From an uncultured delta proteobacterium (lineage in GTDB: Bacteria > Myxococcota_A > Polyangia > Polyangiales > Polyangiaceae): a stretch of 64,000 nt of DNA. This document shows positions 36,174 through 46,155 of this stretch, in pieces (position 1 is the stretch's first letter; every line of letters starts with the position of its first letter). The notes under the pieces were generated by a model that saw only the letters and a list, made by a program, of their open reading frames with translations, ran no database searches and had not been told where the DNA came from. A program made the position numbers and the translations under genes. The stretch lies in assembly GCA_963782055.1 (NCBI GenBank), contig CAWAIF010000003.1, positions 864,001-928,000 of the forward strand, read 5' to 3'.

Positions 36174-37711
36174 ATGTCGAGCCCGCTACCCACCTTCCGA
36201 GCGTTCGGCGACGACGACGACCACCTCCGACTCACCGTGCTCATCGCGCGCGCGTTCGCGGCGGTCGAGCCGGAAGCGAGCGCCATGTGCCAAGCGACCC
36301 CCGCAGACGCCGTGGCTCGTGCGCGCGGACGCCCTCGAGAGGGTGCTCGATGCGTCCGTCGGCGCAAAGCTTCGCGCGAGCTTCGTCAATCCCGACTCGC
36401 TCGCGCCGCCGGGCGACGCGAATCCGTCGGAGGTCCAGGGCTTCCGGCGCGAGCGCCGCGCGCTGTTCCACACGGTTCTTCGTGCGGCTCGCCGCGGAAA
36501 CTGGAGGCTGCACACGCGTCCCTCGGCCCCGCGAGGACCTCGCAGACGCCTTCGAGGACGTCGGCACCGCGCAGGACGACGAGCCGACGGACGAAGCACT
36601 TCTCATGGCAATAGTGCCTGCGGCACGGCCCCTCGCGCGCTGGCTCCGAAGCCGCGGCGCGCTCGGGGAGCGGCGCCTCGCGCGGCTCGTCGAAGACGGC
36701 GAGGATCTGACGTCGGTGGTCGTGGGAGAGGCTTGTGAAGCGCTGCCTGCCGCGACCCTCCGCGTCGCGCTGCGCCTGGCGTTGCTGCGGCCGCCCAGAA
36801 GGCCAATGGGCACATCGGGCCCTTCGCGATCGCGGACGCGGGCGGCGCGGGGACAGTTTCGCGAGCCAGCGTGGACGAGCTTGCCCGTGACGCCGGCTTT
36901 CTGCAAGCAACCGGCGGTCGTGCGGCGTTCATGCCAGGCGGGACTCCGACGGGCGCTGAGCAACCGGCGGCGTTCTCTGATGAGTGAAAGCGAGATCGCA
37001 TCCGACCATGCCTGGCTCAGCAAGTCGTTGTCGAGCGATCCCTCCGACGCGGCCAGCGTGATCGAAGTGCATCACCACGCCGTGGAAGCCGGCGATCTCG
37101 AACGGGCGCGCGCGACCGCGCGGTACTACGGGGCAGACCTTCGACTGCTCGCCTTCCGCCTCGGTCGCGTCGCCGCGGCGACCGGCGACGCGCAGAAGTT
37201 CCTCGAAGCCGCTGCGGCGTACCGAGTCGTCATCGACGACTTCGACGCAACCGACGCGTACGCGTGGGAGTATTACGCCTTCAATCTCGCTCGCGGGCGA
37301 GGCTCCGCGCTGAGCACGGAACAGGCCACGGAGGTCGAGCATGGGTACGAGCGCGCTCGCCAGCTCGCGCCGCAGAATCCGCTTTTCCACGGCCGCCTCG
37401 TCGGCTTTCGCACCGAACGCGGTGCCTATGACCGCGCCGCATCAGCGCTGGCTCGCTCGGTACCGCGCGACGGAGGGCTCGAAGGCCTGCGCCTATTTCG
37501 GCCAGCCCGTGATCGACGCTCTTCATCGCACGGGGCGCCGCGACGAGGCCGTCGGTCCGCACGCCGATGGCGTATCGCCCCGCCCGAGCGCGATCGCCGG
37601 ACCGAGGGGCCGCGCCGACCTCGGACGTTCGGGACCGCGGCGGGTCGCATCGAAGTCGCGGAGGACTTCGATGCGCCGCTCGCCGACTTCGGGCCGTACG
37701 AGAAGAAGTGA
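36174..37711 (+). CDS. helical/TPR-like hypothetical protein (frameshifted), ending in an antitoxin-like tail
   Basis: Coding segments across frames; DATDAYAWEYYAFNLA..ARQLAPQNP; tail RTFGTAAGRIEVAEDFDAPL. Confidence 0.5.
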
Positions 37712-38105
37712 ATCTGCTTGTCGACACCCACGGGCTGCGGTGGTTTCTCGCGGGCGATCCGAAGCTCAGCGCCGGCGCACCAACGCGATAGAAAATATCC
37801 AACGACGTCTGCGTGAGCGTCGCGTCGCTGTGGAGATCGCGATCAAGCATTCGCTGGGGAAGCTCGTGCTCCACGACGGGCTCACCGGACTGCTCACGGC
37901 GACCTTCGTGACGAACGGCTTCGAGCGGATGGACATCGAGCCGGAGCACCTCCGGTGAGCGCGCTTTCCCTACTTCACCTCGCCGCGCGAGCACCGGGAT
38001 CCGTTCGACCGGCTCCTCGTTTCGCAGGCGCTCGCAGAGGGAGCGACGCTCGTCACGAAAGAGACCTGGTGGAGCGCCGCCTACGGTGTCGCAACGCTCT
38101 GGTAG
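37708..38105 (+). CDS. vapC: VapC/PIN toxin, frameshifted in this sequence
   Basis: LLVDTH, WEIAIK..GKL, HRDPFDRLLVSQA. Confidence 0.82.
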
Positions 38106-38339
38106 AGCGAGCCATTTCGGATCGCAGCGTGCTGCGCGCGACTCGTCAGCCACCAATCCGCACCGCCTGCACGGCACGATAGAGGTCGGCGATCTCGTGC
38201 GTGGCGGAGCGTCATGAGCTGACGCGCGTCCCACTCGGCCGCGTACGCGTGGCGAAAGAAATGACGGGAAGGCGAGCAGCTTGCGCAGCGCTCGAATCGC
38301 TTCGCACGACAGCACGGCGGGACGGACCGTGTCGATACT
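38100..38339 (-). pseudogene. C-terminal fragment of HEPN (HepT-like) RNase
   Basis: VRPAVLS..LRKLLAF/RHFFRHAY (RX4H motif). Confidence 0.65.
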
Positions 38340-38811
38340 CTAGAGGAGAGCCTCGTAGATGCGACAGTCCTTGAGGCCGTCCACCGGCCAATCCGGCGGG
38401 CGCCCCGCGAGACACCGCAGATCGCGACGCAGATGAATATCATGCGTGTGCCGCGGCACGCGGGAGACGGACCTGACGCGGTCGGCCACCTGGTCCGCCT
38501 GAGGCGGCAGAGCCGCGAGCGTCTCTTCGATCTCTCGACCGCGATCCTGAGGGCCTCTGCCCGCGGCGTCGAGCTGGCCGGACCTTGCCCATTGGTTCGC
38601 GGCCGCGCGGAGCGACTGCGCACGGGCGAGCGCGTCGCGAACCCAGCGGAGCGCGGTCCCGCGAAACTCGACCAGCACGTACTCGTGGCACCACGAGCTC
38701 CACTCGCTTCGTCTCGGCGAGCTCGACGAGGAGCACGGCCTGGTCGCCGTCCCGGCCCAGCCAGACGTCCAGGAGGATATTCGTGTCGAAGACCAGCAGC
38801 GGTAGGGTCAT
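38340..38811 (-). pseudogene. PIN-domain protein, frameshifted/truncated
   Basis: VFDTNILL, VVP/EYVLVEF, KDCRIYE. Confidence 0.65.
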
Positions 38812-38918
38812 CCCCGGAGACACCTACTCGTGGAGGTCCACCCCTACCCGACGAGGCCCCTCGGCACATCGAAGCGCCGGTCGCACCCGCTGCGGCGGTG
38901 GCACGCGGGACCAGCCCC

Positions 38919-39668
38919 GAGGTCATGCAGGCCCACGACCTCTCCGAAGCCGCGCCGACCGACCTTCACTTCGCGCAGGCCGGCTTCCGCGTGCTCATGC
39001 GGGCGGAGGCGCGACGGGCTCGGTGAGCGTGCCGCCCGACGGACGCCTCACCCCGCCCCCGCCTCCGGCGGGCGGTCGATGCAGCAGCGCTTGTACTTCT
39101 TGCCGGACCCGCAGGGGCACGGCTCGTTGCGGCCCACGCGCCGGACGCGGCGGGGCGCAGCAGGTGCCTGTCCCCCATGGTCGCGCGACGGACCTCGGCG
39201 AAGCTCTCGTACGTCGCGGCGACGATGGCGCCGAGGGACCGCCGGACCGTGTCCCCGCCGTCCGGCAGCGCGTCGAGCTCGGCGAGCGTCTCGGGCGGGA
39301 CGAGGTCCCGGCGCCCGCCGAGGTAAGCGATGCCCGAGGCGAACGTCCACCGCTCGGCGTCCCCAATCCATGCCGCGTCGAGCGCGGCGGCGGCCACGTA
39401 ACCGGCCGCGAAGGAGGCGCAGGCCTCAACGTCTTCCTCGGGCGGCACGTAGCCCTCACCCTGGTCGACGGCGTCGAGGACCTGGTTGTAGAGGCGCAGG
39501 ATCAGCTCGATCCCATGCATGTCCCCCGGACCCTCCGGCACGACCATCGGGAGCCAGCCGGAGGGCGGGAGCATGCCGGGGGCGACGACGACGGCGTGGA
39601 GCACGCCGAAGAGGGCGTCCAAATCGAGGGGCGAATGGGCGTCGAGGAAGTCGGAGAGGCCGTCAATC
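38919..39668. repeat. diverged copy of 41074-41824 (vapC 3' end + YecA/SEC-C gene lacking its start)
   Basis: Near-identical vapC tail; paralogous YecA sequence. Confidence 0.85.
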
Positions 39669-39996
39669 CCCCGGCGCTCGTCCCCGCGCGCATGGTCAAC
39701 GAGCTCCTCTACTGCGAGCGCCTCATGGCGCTCGAGTGGGTGCAGCGCGAGTTCGCCGACAACGCGTTCACCCTGGAGGGCCGCTACGTGCACTCGCGGG
39801 CCGACGAGCCGCGCGGCAAGCTCGCCGCGCCTGGAGCCGCGGAGGCGCCGTATCAAGCGCGCTCCGTGTGGCTCTCGTCGGCGGAGCTCGGCCTCACCGC
39901 GAAGATCGACGTCGTGGAGGGCGACAAGTCGGGCACGGTCGTCCCCATCGAGTACAAGCGCGGCAAGCCGCCCGACGTGCCGGAGGGCGCTTACCT
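39669..39996 (+). pseudogene. cas4: cas4 fragment paralogous to 46240-46569
   Basis: PALVPARMVNELLYCERL..LTAKIDVVE..PIEYKRGK; stops after GAYL. Confidence 0.88.
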
Positions 39997-40299
39997 CTGG
40001 AACGGCGCGCGCGCGGTCCACGGCGACGGCACGACGGCGGGGGAAGCGCGGCTCTCGTCGAGGCGAGGCGCGACACCAACCGCCAGAGCCGGATGCGCCG
40101 CCTCCAGCCGCTCCACGAGATCGAACACCGGGACCCACGGCGACGTGCCCCCGAGCGCCGCGATCTTCGTCCTCTGGCGTCGCATGTTCTGGATCATGAG
40201 CGACGCGGCGCGATGGCTACGAGCGCACGAAGCAATCGTGGTCCCGGCTACTGGTTGCTTCGTGACTGTGGGCGCACGCCATCATCCTGTCGGCGCCTT

Positions 40300-40330
40300 G
40301 ACTTGACAAGTCTGCTCCGGGTTCTACGCT
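40300..40330 (+). promoter_or_regulatory. sigma70-like promoter with overlapping palindrome
   Basis: TTGACA 40303, 16 bp, TACGCT 40325; GACTTG-A-CAAGTC at 40300-40312. Confidence 0.6.
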
Positions 40331-40336
40331 TCCCAC

Positions 40337-40750
40337 GTGCCCAGCCATCTCGCCACGACCCTCGCCGTGTTCACGACCACCATCCAGCACAGCAAGAACC
40401 GGCTCGTCGCCATCCCCGCGGCCGAGCAGGCCAGGCTCGGCCTGGTGCGGAGGCGGGAGAATCACATCGTCGCGTACTCCATCCGCCGCGCGGGCCGGGG
40501 GCGGTGGAACCATCACCTGGCGAAGCTCACCCACGACAACGAGTTCTCCATCCCGGCCGACGTGACCCGCCTGCGCCCGGGGGACCGTGTCGACGTGAAG
40601 ATCCACAGGCTGGTGGCCGACGTGCCGGTCACCTTCGCGCCCGCCGCGGCGCCGGCGGACGCGCTGCTGGCGCTCGGCGCCTCCGCGGGCCGCGACGAGC
40701 GGACCGACGGCAGCGAGCGCGTGGACGAGTACCTCGCGGGAGAGCTTTGA
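40337..40750 (+). CDS. putative antitoxin (AbrB-like)
   Basis: SIPADVTRLRPGDRVDV; tail TDGSERVDEYL; overlaps the PIN gene. Confidence 0.65.
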   Translation: MPSHLATTLAVFTTTIQHSKNRLVAIPAAEQARLGLVRRRENHIVAYSIRRAGRGRWNHHLAKLTHDNEFSIPADVTRLRPGDRVDVKIHRLVADVPVTFAPAAAPADALLALGASAGRDERTDGSERVDEYLAGEL

Positions 40751-41181
40751 AGCCGGCCGTGTTCGTCGACACGGCGTACCTGGTCGCGCTCACCAACGCC
40801 GCCGACGCGCATCACGGGCGCGCGGTCGCCATGGCGAAGGCGTGGTCGAAGGAGAAGCGAGCCTTCGTCACCACCGACGCGGTGCTCATCGAGTACGCGA
40901 ACTTCTTCGCGCGCTCCCCCCTGCGCCCGCTCGCGGCGTCCGCGCTCCCGCGTCTGCGCGGGACCGAGGGGTGGACGATCGTCGCGAACGACCCGGTGCT
41001 CCTCTCGCGCGCGGAGCATCGATACGCCAAGCACGGTGACAAGTCGTGGAGCCTCACCGATTGCATCAGCATGGAGGTCATGCAGGCCCACGACCTCTCC
41101 GAAGCCGCGACGACCGACCTTCACTTCGCGCAGGCCGGCTTCCGCGTGCTCATGCGGGCGGAGGCGCGACGGGCTCGGTGA
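40747..41181 (+). CDS. vapC: VapC/PIN toxin
   Basis: FVDTAYLVAL, VLIE, SLTDCISM, TTDLHFAQAGF. Confidence 0.9.
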   Translation: MKPAVFVDTAYLVALTNAADAHHGRAVAMAKAWSKEKRAFVTTDAVLIEYANFFARSPLRPLAASALPRLRGTEGWTIVANDPVLLSRAEHRYAKHGDKSWSLTDCISMEVMQAHDLSEAATTDLHFAQAGFRVLMRAEARRAR

Positions 41182-41202
41182 GCGTGCCGCCCGACGGACG
41201 CC

Positions 41203-41862
41203 TCACCCCGCCCCCGCCTCCGGCGGACGGTCGATGCAGCAGCGCTTGTACCTCTTGCCGGACCCGCAGGGGCACGGCTCGTTGCGGCCCACGCGCCGGA
41301 CGCGGCGCGGCGCGCGAGCTGCTTGTGCCGGAAACGCCGCCCGGCGGACCTCGAGGAAGGTCTCGTACGTCGTGCTGACGATGCTGGCGAGCAATCGGCG
41401 GACCGCGCTCTCGCCGTCCGGCAGGGCGTCGAGCTCGGCGAGGGTCCCCGCCGGCACGAGGTCCCGCTGCCCGCCGAGGTAGGCGATGCCCGCGGCGAAC
41501 GTCCAGCGATCGGCGTCGCCGACCCAGGCCGGATCGAGCGCGGCGGCGGAGGCGTAGCCCGCCGCGAAGCTCGCGCACGCCTCGAGGTCCTCCTCGGGCG
41601 GTATGTATGCCTCGTCATGATCGATGGCGTCGACGACCTGGTTGTACAGGCGCAGCATCAGGTCGATCCCGTGCGAGTCTCCAGGCCCTTCGGGCAGGAC
41701 CATCGGGAGCCAGGCCGAGGGCATGAGCATGCCGGGGGCGACGACCACCGCGTGGAGCACGCCAAAGAGGCCGTCGAGATCGAGCGGCGAGACGGCGTCG
41801 AGGAGGTCCGAGAGGTCGTCCATCTCGTGATCGGAGAGCGGCCGGGAGAACTCGTGCGCCAT
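41203..41862 (-). CDS. YecA/UPF0149 family protein with SEC-C motif
   Basis: [40 protein letters not shown]. Confidence 0.88.
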   Translation of the reverse strand: MAHEFSRPLSDHEMDDLSDLLDAVSPLDLDGLFGVLHAVVVAPGMLMPSAWLPMVLPEGPGDSHGIDLMLRLYNQVVDAIDHDEAYIPPEEDLEACASFAAGYASAAALDPAWVGDADRWTFAAGIAYLGGQRDLVPAGTLAELDALPDGESAVRRLLASIVSTTYETFLEVRRAAFPAQAARAPRRVRRVGRNEPCPCGSGKRYKRCCIDRPPEAGAG

Positions 41863-42073
41863 GTTCTGGACGTTGCCCGAGTGGCGGCGCGCCGGCAAGG
41901 CGCTCGCGCGTGCCGCGGCCCGACGGCGCCGCCGGCTGCGAGCCGCGTGTGGCGCAGCGCGGGCGCGATCTACTCGCCCGAGGGGACCACCGCAATCAGG
42001 GGGCGAACCGCCCGTCGGAGGGCCAGGGTTCTCGGCGCTTCGCTCGTCCGCGGCGCCGTGGTACTCGCGCCTC

Positions 42074-44746
42074 ATGCCGCGCACCAAGAAGCCCAGCGAG
42101 CTCACCCTCCACAATCTGCTCTCGCGCCTCGACCACCGCGCGGCGGTCAAGCTGCTCGGCGCGAAGGGCGAGGAGCTGCTCCGGCGAGGCGGGAAGTGGG
42201 ACGTGGCCCTCTCCGACGTGGCCCTCCAGCCCGGCGCGCTCGTCGCGTACGTGGGCGCCGCCGCGGTCACCGTCACGCAGGATCCCGCCTCGCGCGGGCA
42301 GCTCCGCGTCCGGTGCGGGACGTGCCGCTCCTGGGGCTGCACTCACGCCGCCGCCACGCTCTCCTTCGTGCTGGAGGAGAAGCTCGCGCTCGGGCTGAGC
42401 GCGGAGGCGCCGGACTCGGTGCCGCTCGAGCACCTGACGCCGGACGCGCTGATCGCGCGCGAGCTCGCCGAGCGCGCCGAGCGGGCGCGCGAGGAGAAGA
42501 TGACCGTCCAGAGCGCCGACGCGCGCCGCGCGTGGACCGACTACAGAGTCACAAGCCACGTCTCCGGCAAGACATACCGCGTGGCGCTGCGGAGCACGAA
42601 GCGCGGGGAGTCCTTCTGCTCCTGCCCGGACTTCCGCAAGAACCGCCTCGGCACCTGCAAGCACGTGCTGCGGGTGCTCGATCACGCGCGCCGCGCCTTC
42701 TCCCCCGCCGCCCTGCGCAGGCCGTACCGGCGGCGCCACGTCAGCGTCTCGGTGCGCTACGGCGAGACGGCCGACCTGGTGCTGCACGCGCCGGAGGATC
42801 TGCCCGCGGCGGCGCGCCGGATCGTCGCGCCCGTCGAGGGACGCGACGCCAATCCGGCGGACCTCCTGCGGCGCGTGGGCGAGCTGGAGCGGCTCGGGGT
42901 GGAGGTGACGATCTACCCCGACGCGGACGATCTCATCGGCCGTCGCCTCTTCGAGCGCCGCATCCGCGCGCTGGTGGCGGAGGTCCGGCGCGCTCCGGAC
43001 CGCCACCCGCTGCGCCGCGAGCTGCTCCGGCGAGAGCTGCTCCCCTACCAGCTCGACGCGGTCGCCTTCGTCGCCGGCGCGGGCCGGGCGATCCTCGCCG
43101 ACGACATGGGCCTGGGCAAGACGGTGCAGGCCATCGGCGCCGCCGAGCTGCTCGCGCGCGAGGCGGGCATCGAGCGCGTGCTGGTGGTCTGTCCGGCGTC
43201 GCTCAAGGCGCAGTGGCACGGGGAGATCGCGCGCTTCTCCGGCCGCGGCTGCGCGCTGGTGCAGGGGAGCGCGGCGGAGCGCGCCGCGCAGTACGGGAGC
43301 GCCTTCTTCACCGTCTGCAACTACGAGCAGCTCCTTCGCGATCTCGACGCGGCCGAGCGGGTGCGCTGGGACCTCATCGTGCTCGACGAGGCGCAGCGCA
43401 TCAAGAACTGGGAGGCGAAGACCAGCCGCGTGATCAAGGCCCTGCGCTCGCGCTTCGCCCTCGCCCTCACCGGCACGCCGCTGGAGAACCGCCTGGAGGA
43501 GCTGCACTCGGTGGTGGAGTTCGTCGACGACCAGCGCCTCGGCGCGACGAACACCTTCTTGCACCGGCACCGCGTCGTCGACGGGCACCGCAAGGTCCTC
43601 GGCTACAAGGGCCTCGGCGCGCTGCGCGCGCGGCTCGCGCCGGTGATGCTGCGCCGCACGCGCGCCCAGGTGCTCGGGCAGCTCCCGCCGCGCACCACCG
43701 AGATCGTGCGCATCACGCCGACGGCGGAGCAGCTCGACGTGCACGACGGCCACCTGCGGGTGGTCGCCGCCATCGTGCGCAAGCACTACCTGACCGAGAT
43801 GGATCTGCTGCGCCTGCGCAAGGCGCTCGCCGGTTGCCGCATGGCCGCCGACAGCACCGCGCTCGTCGACAGGGAGCTCCCGGGCTTCTCCAGCAAGCTG
43901 GAGGTGCTCGACGAGCTCGCGGGCCGGCTGGGCGCGGAGCAGGAGCGCAAGGTGATCGTCTTCAGCGAGTGGACCCGCATGCTCGACCTGATCGAGCCGC
44001 TCCTGCGCAAGCGACGCCTCGGCTTCGTGCGCCTGGATGGCGCGGTCCCGCAGAAGAAGCGGCAGGCGCTGGTGCACGCGTTCGACCGCGACCCCGACTG
44101 CCGCTTCTTCCTCGCGTCCAACGCCGGCGCCACCGGCCTCAACCTGCAGCGCGCCGACACCGTCATCAACGTCGACCTGCCCTGGAACCCGGCGCTGCTC
44201 GAGCAGCGCATCGCGCGGGCGCACCGCATGGGCCAGACGCGGCCCGTGCACGTCTTCGTGCTGGTGACGGAGGGGACGCTGGAGGAGAAGATGCTCGCGA
44301 CGCTCTCGGCCAAGCACGACCTGGCCCTCGCCGCCCTCGATCCGGCGTCGGAGGTGGACGCGGTGAAGCTGGAGGGCGGGATGGACGCGCTCCGCCGCCG
44401 GCTGGAGGTGCTCCTCGGCGCGGCCCCGGAGGCGCCGCCGGACGAAAGCGCGAAGGTCCGGGCGGCCACGCCCGACGGCGATGAGCGCGACGCGCGCGTG
44501 GCCAAGGCGGCGAGCGACATGCTGCGCTCCGCCTTCGCCCTGGTCGCCGAGATGCTCCCCGACGCGCCGGAGTCGAAGGAGGCGCGGGAGGTGCTCGACC
44601 TGCTGCGCGGCAGCACCGTCGCGGCGCACGGCCGCGACGGCGACGGCCGCATCCGCCTCGCGCTCACCCTGCCGGCGGTGGGAGAGCTTGCTGCGAGCGA
44701 CGCCGAGGGCGTGGGTCAGAGCGCCTCCAGCAGGCGAATCAGCTAG
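42074..44746 (+). CDS. SWIM zinc-finger SNF2 helicase
   Basis: CSCPDF..TCKH; ADDMGLGKT, LDEAQRIKN, LTGTPLEN, WNP..QRIARAHRMGQ. Confidence 0.92.
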   Translation: MPRTKKPSELTLHNLLSRLDHRAAVKLLGAKGEELLRRGGKWDVALSDVALQPGALVAYVGAAAVTVTQDPASRGQLRVRCGTCRSWGCTHAAATLSFVLEEKLALGLSAEAPDSVPLEHLTPDALIARELAERAERAREEKMTVQSADARRAWTDYRVTSHVSGKTYRVALRSTKRGESFCSCPDFRKNRLGTCKHVLRVLDHARRAFSPAALRRPYRRRHVSVSVRYGETADLVLHAPEDLPAAARRIVAPVEGRDANPADLLRRVGELERLGVEVTIYPDADDLIGRRLFERRIRALVAEVRRAPDRHPLRRELLRRELLPYQLDAVAFVAGAGRAILADDMGLGKTVQAIGAAELLAREAGIERVLVVCPASLKAQWHGEIARFSGRGCALVQGSAAERAAQYGSAFFTVCNYEQLLRDLDAAERVRWDLIVLDEAQRIKNWEAKTSRVIKALRSRFALALTGTPLENRLEELHSVVEFVDDQRLGATNTFLHRHRVVDGHRKVLGYKGLGALRARLAPVMLRRTRAQVLGQLPPRTTEIVRITPTAEQLDVHDGHLRVVAAIVRKHYLTEMDLLRLRKALAGCRMAADSTALVDRELPGFSSKLEVLDELAGRLGAEQERKVIVFSEWTRMLDLIEPLLRKRRLGFVRLDGAVPQKKRQALVHAFDRDPDCRFFLASNAGATGLNLQRADTVINVDLPWNPALLEQRIARAHRMGQTRPVHVFVLVTEGTLEEKMLATLSAKHDLALAALDPASEVDAVKLEGGMDALRRRLEVLLGAAPEAPPDESAKVRAATPDGDERDARVAKAASDMLRSAFALVAEMLPDAPESKEAREVLDLLRGSTVAAHGRDGDGRIRLALTLPAVGELAASDAEGVGQSASSRRIS

Positions 44747-44761
44747 CCAGGACCCTGCACC

Positions 44762-45940
44762 TCACGGCAGCGGCGCGAGCTCCGGGATGTCGCGCGCCGG
44801 CATCGCGCGGACGAGCGGGCGCTTGCGCCACGTCCACGCCCGCTCGCCCGCGTGGACCACGGTGAGCGAATCGAGCCGGAGGTCCGACAGCGCGCTCTGC
44901 ATGGATGGCGTGACGCGCGGCGCGGCGGTGTGCTTGATCTCGAAGCCGTGCCGCCGACCGCCCCGCACGACGAGCAGGTCCAGCTCGGCGCCCGTGTGGG
45001 TGCGCCAGAAGTGACAGTCCTCGTCGCGTGCGCCGAGCTGGGCGATGAGCTGCTCGATGCAGAAGCCCTCGAACGAAGCGCCCCGCTTCGGGTGACCACC
45101 GAGCTGCCGGAAGTCCTGGATGTCGAGCAGCGCGTGAAGCAGGCCGGAGTCCCGGACGTAGACCTTCGGAGACTTCACCTGTCGCTTGGAGACGTTCTCG
45201 AACCACGGCGGGAGGACGCGCACCATGAAGGTCGCCGCGAGCACGTCGACGTAGTGGCGCACGGTGTGGTCGGTCACGCCCATCGACCGGCCGAGCTCCG
45301 AGTGGTTGAGCACGTTCCCGTGCACGTGCGCGAGCATCATCCACATCCGGCGCAGCGCGGGCGCCGCGATGCGGAGACCGAGCCCGGGCACGTCCCGCTC
45401 GAGGAAGGTCCGGACGAACTCGCGCCGCCACCGCATGCTGGCGCGGGGGGCGGCGAGGAACGACCGCGGGAAGCCTCCTCGAACCCAGAGATCGTTGGCG
45501 CGCTCGGGACCGACCTCTCCGAGCGAGAGCCCCGGCAGGGGGTAGTACGCGATGCGCCCGGCGAGCGACTCGGACGACTGCCGGAGCAGCGAAGCGCTCG
45601 CGCTGCCGAGGACGAGGAAGCGCGGGCCGCGGGGGCGGTCCACCAGCGTCCGGAGCAAGGAGAAGAGACCGGGCCGGTGCTGGACCTCGTCGATCACCAC
45701 CAACCCCCGGAGGTACTGCCCGGCGGTGCTGAGGTCTTCGAGGAGCACGGCGTCCGCGGGCTGCTCGAGGTCGAGGAAGGTCTTGGTCGTGCTCCGCTGC
45801 GCGTCGAAGATCCTTCGCGCGAGGGTGGTCTTCCCCACCTGCCGGGCCCCGACAATCGCGACCACGGGGAACTCCCGCATCAGGGCGCGTAGGGCGCGCA
45901 GGTGCCGCGGTCGCTCGAGCATGCGGCACGGTAGCACCAT
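44762..45940 (-). CDS. AAA_14 ATPase with DUF4143-like C-terminus
   Basis: GARQVGKTT, IDEVQ, ESLAGR, RGGFP, KSPKVYVRDSG, ELDL..GFEIK. Confidence 0.9.
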   Translation of the reverse strand: MVLPCRMLERPRHLRALRALMREFPVVAIVGARQVGKTTLARRIFDAQRSTTKTFLDLEQPADAVLLEDLSTAGQYLRGLVVIDEVQHRPGLFSLLRTLVDRPRGPRFLVLGSASASLLRQSSESLAGRIAYYPLPGLSLGEVGPERANDLWVRGGFPRSFLAAPRASMRWRREFVRTFLERDVPGLGLRIAAPALRRMWMMLAHVHGNVLNHSELGRSMGVTDHTVRHYVDVLAATFMVRVLPPWFENVSKRQVKSPKVYVRDSGLLHALLDIQDFRQLGGHPKRGASFEGFCIEQLIAQLGARDEDCHFWRTHTGAELDLLVVRGGRRHGFEIKHTAAPRVTPSMQSALSDLRLDSLTVVHAGERAWTWRKRPLVRAMPARDIPELAPLP

Positions 45941-46103
45941 GAACTATCGTAGTCTATCTACGAGATTTCATGGCCGCCCGGCGCGCTCGCCGCGACCTCC
46001 GCCCCGCTCCGCCCGAGCCCCCGCCGCAAGCTGCGCCGATGCGCAGTGGGCGCCAACCGTGCTCCCGCTTCAATCCGCCCGGTCGCGCACGCTGGAGCAG
46101 CGC

Positions 46104-46139
46104 CGCCAATATTGGCGGTCCTGACCGCCAATATTGGCG
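46104..46139. promoter_or_regulatory. tandem palindrome site 4, just before the cas4-cas1 RBS
   Basis: CGCCAATATTGGCG at 46104 and 46126; GGAGG at 46145, ATG at 46156. Confidence 0.75.
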
Positions 46140-46155
46140 AGCACGGAGGCCCCGC

